A stretch of DNA of 64,000 bases from assembly GCA_043228905.1 (NCBI GenBank), contig JBHGNT010000001.1, forward strand, positions 14,632,001 through 14,696,000. Direction: 5' to 3'. The notes beneath the pieces are model-generated. The model was not told the origin of the DNA and did not search any database. It saw nothing but the letters and a program-made list of their open reading frames with translations. The position numbers and the translations under genes are program-made. This stretch comes from Azolla caroliniana (taxonomy: Eukaryota; Plantae; Polypodiophyta). Positions 61,593 to 64,000 of the stretch are shown piece after piece; position 1 is the stretch's first letter; each line of letters begins with the position of its first letter.

Positions 61593-64000
61593 TGTCATGA
61601 TTACACTCACATAATGCCTCGAAAAGATTTGAACCCACAACCTTGTTATATACATGTCAAATCCTTAACCATTGGAGTAACAAGTTTATGTGTATGGTTT
61701 TTAGAATATATAATCCAATATGATAAGAATATTCTATATTACTTTATATTCTAGAATGTCCAAGAATATTCTAGAGTGTTCTATATTCTAGAATCTTCTA
61801 GAATACTCCATAAACCTTCTAGACTACTAGATTACTCTATATTCTAGAATGTCCTAGAATATTCTAGAGTAATCTATAGGGACTTATAAATAGGGATCTA
61901 TCAATCCTCCAAAAACCAAATTGGTTCAACACCATCCTATAGCTCCCTATTGTCTACTCTTTGTATTCCATCTTATATTGCAATACAATACATTCTTTTC
62001 AATTCTCTCTTTCTATCTTAACACTATATCTCTTTTCCACTCTTTCTCTTTCTCTCTCTTTGTCTTGACAGTTTGAACCAATTTTTCATTTCTCCCTCTT
62101 CCAACAAGTTCTCTTCTTTCTTCTCCTCTCCCCTCCTAAGTTATGGAGTCCGTGAGCAAACAGGAATACATGCATGTTCTTTCTGAGCTTGACATGATCA
62201 CGAATAAATTTGTGGCATTAGAGCATGAAAATCAAAGGCTACTGGGCGACCTACAACAAATGAGTACCGAAAAAGCTCAACAATATGAAGAGGTATCACA
62301 ACTGGTTCATCAACTCGAGGCTACTATATTGTCATTACGAGAACAAGCGTTGGGGGCTCAAAACTCCCCTCGAGAACCAAAGATTAGCCTCCCTGCCAAG
62401 TTTGATGGTACAAGTTCTTTATTTCGAGGCTTCTTGAATCAAGTCCGTTTGGTTATTCAGTTACATCCCAATCGGTACCCAACTGATGCTCCTCGTGTGG
62501 GATTAGTGGGAACCTTGCCATGTGGTACAACATTAGCATGGTTTGCACCACTTCTCGAGAAGAAATCACCGTTGTTGGAGGATTTTGAAGCATTTATTAA
62601 GGAGTTTCAAGCTAGTCTCGGAGACACCGACCACATTAGGATGGCGATAAACAAGATTCGAAGGCGCCGAAAAGGAGATCGCCCCGCATCAGCTTACACA
62701 ACCGATTTCTGTCTTTTGGCATGTGATATCCCTTGGGATGAGGCGGCCTTAATGGATCAATTTGGTCAAGGTTTGTGTAATGATGTCAAAGATCTTCTTC
62801 TTACTTTCCATGAAGATTTGAAGTCTCTAACAGAGGCTATTAGTCAAGCCGTGCGATGTGATAATTGCCTATTTGAGCAATGTTCTGAGCACCAACAAAT
62901 GTTACCTTGCCAATCGGAACAGACGTATGCTTCTGTAGTTGCAATGCCTCCACAAGTTTCCAGACCCATTGCAAGGAATGGCCCATCTCTGATGGAAATA
63001 AAGACAACACAACGTTGAGGGCCTTTATTAGATGCTGAGAAGCAACGATGTCGAGCACACCGCCTATGCCTATATTGTGGCGGTCCAGGACACACCACCG
63101 TGATTTGTCCACATAAACCTAGATGCCAAGTATACCAAGGAAGCGCACATGAAATCCCTTCTTCGAGTTCCATTATTACTTCTAATAACATAAATAAGCC
63201 TAATAGTCCATGCCATGAGAATAGATTTGATGTCTTGAGTCAATTAGAGGATGTGTTAAATGAGTAAGTCCGGTCAAAATAGGAGCCATTTGGTTGAAAC
63301 ATCCTAGATATGTAGAGTTACTTCCTAGTCGTGGTTCCATTTCATCGAGTGAAGTGAGTAGAGTTTTTTCTGCACAAGTTGAGCTTACCATATCTACATG
63401 TCATCGAGTCCTAGCCTCTGCCCTCCTAGATTTTGGAGCCAACTCTTGTTTCATGGATCATGAATTTGCATTGTCACAAAACATCCTTTTGAATAAGCTC
63501 TCGAACCCAGTAGCCGTAGGAGTCATTGATGGCCATCCAAGAGCATCAGGTGATATAGTTGAGGAGTCCGAGCCAATTCGTATAGTTCTTGGCGATTTGG
63601 CAAGCATAATCTCTTTCAACATTATTCGCAGTTCGGAACACCCAATAGTTCTAGGTCTCCTTTGGTTTGAACTCCATAACCTGAAGATTGATTGGATGAA
63701 AATGACAATTGAGGAGACCTAGGAAGAAAGAACAAAGCTCGCATCCCACAACTCTTTGACATTTGATACTAGATCCCATAAGTTATCGACCATCTCTTTA
63801 AACCAGTTACATGAGGAAGGGGGGACCGAGGATATGCTCGTATTCACAATAGTAACAACTCTATCATCCACCTTACATGAAGGGGACATTAAACTACCAG
63901 TGAAATACAAAGAGTTCTTTGACGTCTTTGATAAGGTGAAGGCCAATACATTGCTAGAGCATTGGCCATACAACTGCGCAATTGACTTACAACCAGGGAA
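61593..64000 (+). mobile_element. Tcn1/Tf1-like Gypsy T2 nested in T1 (5' LTR 61593-62070, gag, PR, start of RT; runs off the window)
   Basis: TGTCATGA...TCTTGACA LTR; gag ORF 62143-63018 (PAKFDG..FRGFLNQ) with a CLYCGGPGH knuckle after a stop; PR LLDFGANSCF 63294-63722. Confidence 0.88.
61749..61892 (+). promoter_or_regulatory. Heat-shock-element-like nGAAn/nTTCn array plus TATA box in the T2 LTR (equivalent array in T1 at 58543-58657)
   Basis: TTCTAGAATCTTCTAGAA and GAACATTCTAGAACATTCTAGAA; TATAAAT at 61885 and ~58648. Confidence 0.65.

Overview
Eukaryotic land-plant DNA, most likely a moss (inferred from the TE families, a plant tRNA-Trp PBS and TTTAGGG repeats). Bases 1-41.6 kb are one deeply nested transposon stack that TSDs resolve well: Sola-like DNA transposon relic > Tat-like Gypsy > Copia B > solo-LTR S3 > Copia C > Copia D and intact young Copia E, with Gypsy G1 and a 72-bp mini-LTR inside D and near-complete Gypsy G2 inside B. 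Bases 42.7-55.7 kb carry a host gene predicted to encode a ~1206-aa protein with the domain order B3 - C3HC3H zinc finger - AP2 - AP2, preceded by LINE and Copia fragments. Bases 56.4-64 kb hold a decayed Copia with two nested Tcn1-like Gypsy elements. Main findings: five Gypsy LTR families each carry an antisense tRNA-like Pol III A/B-box cassette in U3; all six 4-bp target sites of the G1/G2/S group are nCGn; a conserved GGATTTTTAG -1 frameshift lies downstream of the protease; and there are HSE arrays, a self-priming PBS, a fold-back LTR and telomeric filler at a deletion. All comparisons were made by eye; no database searches were run.
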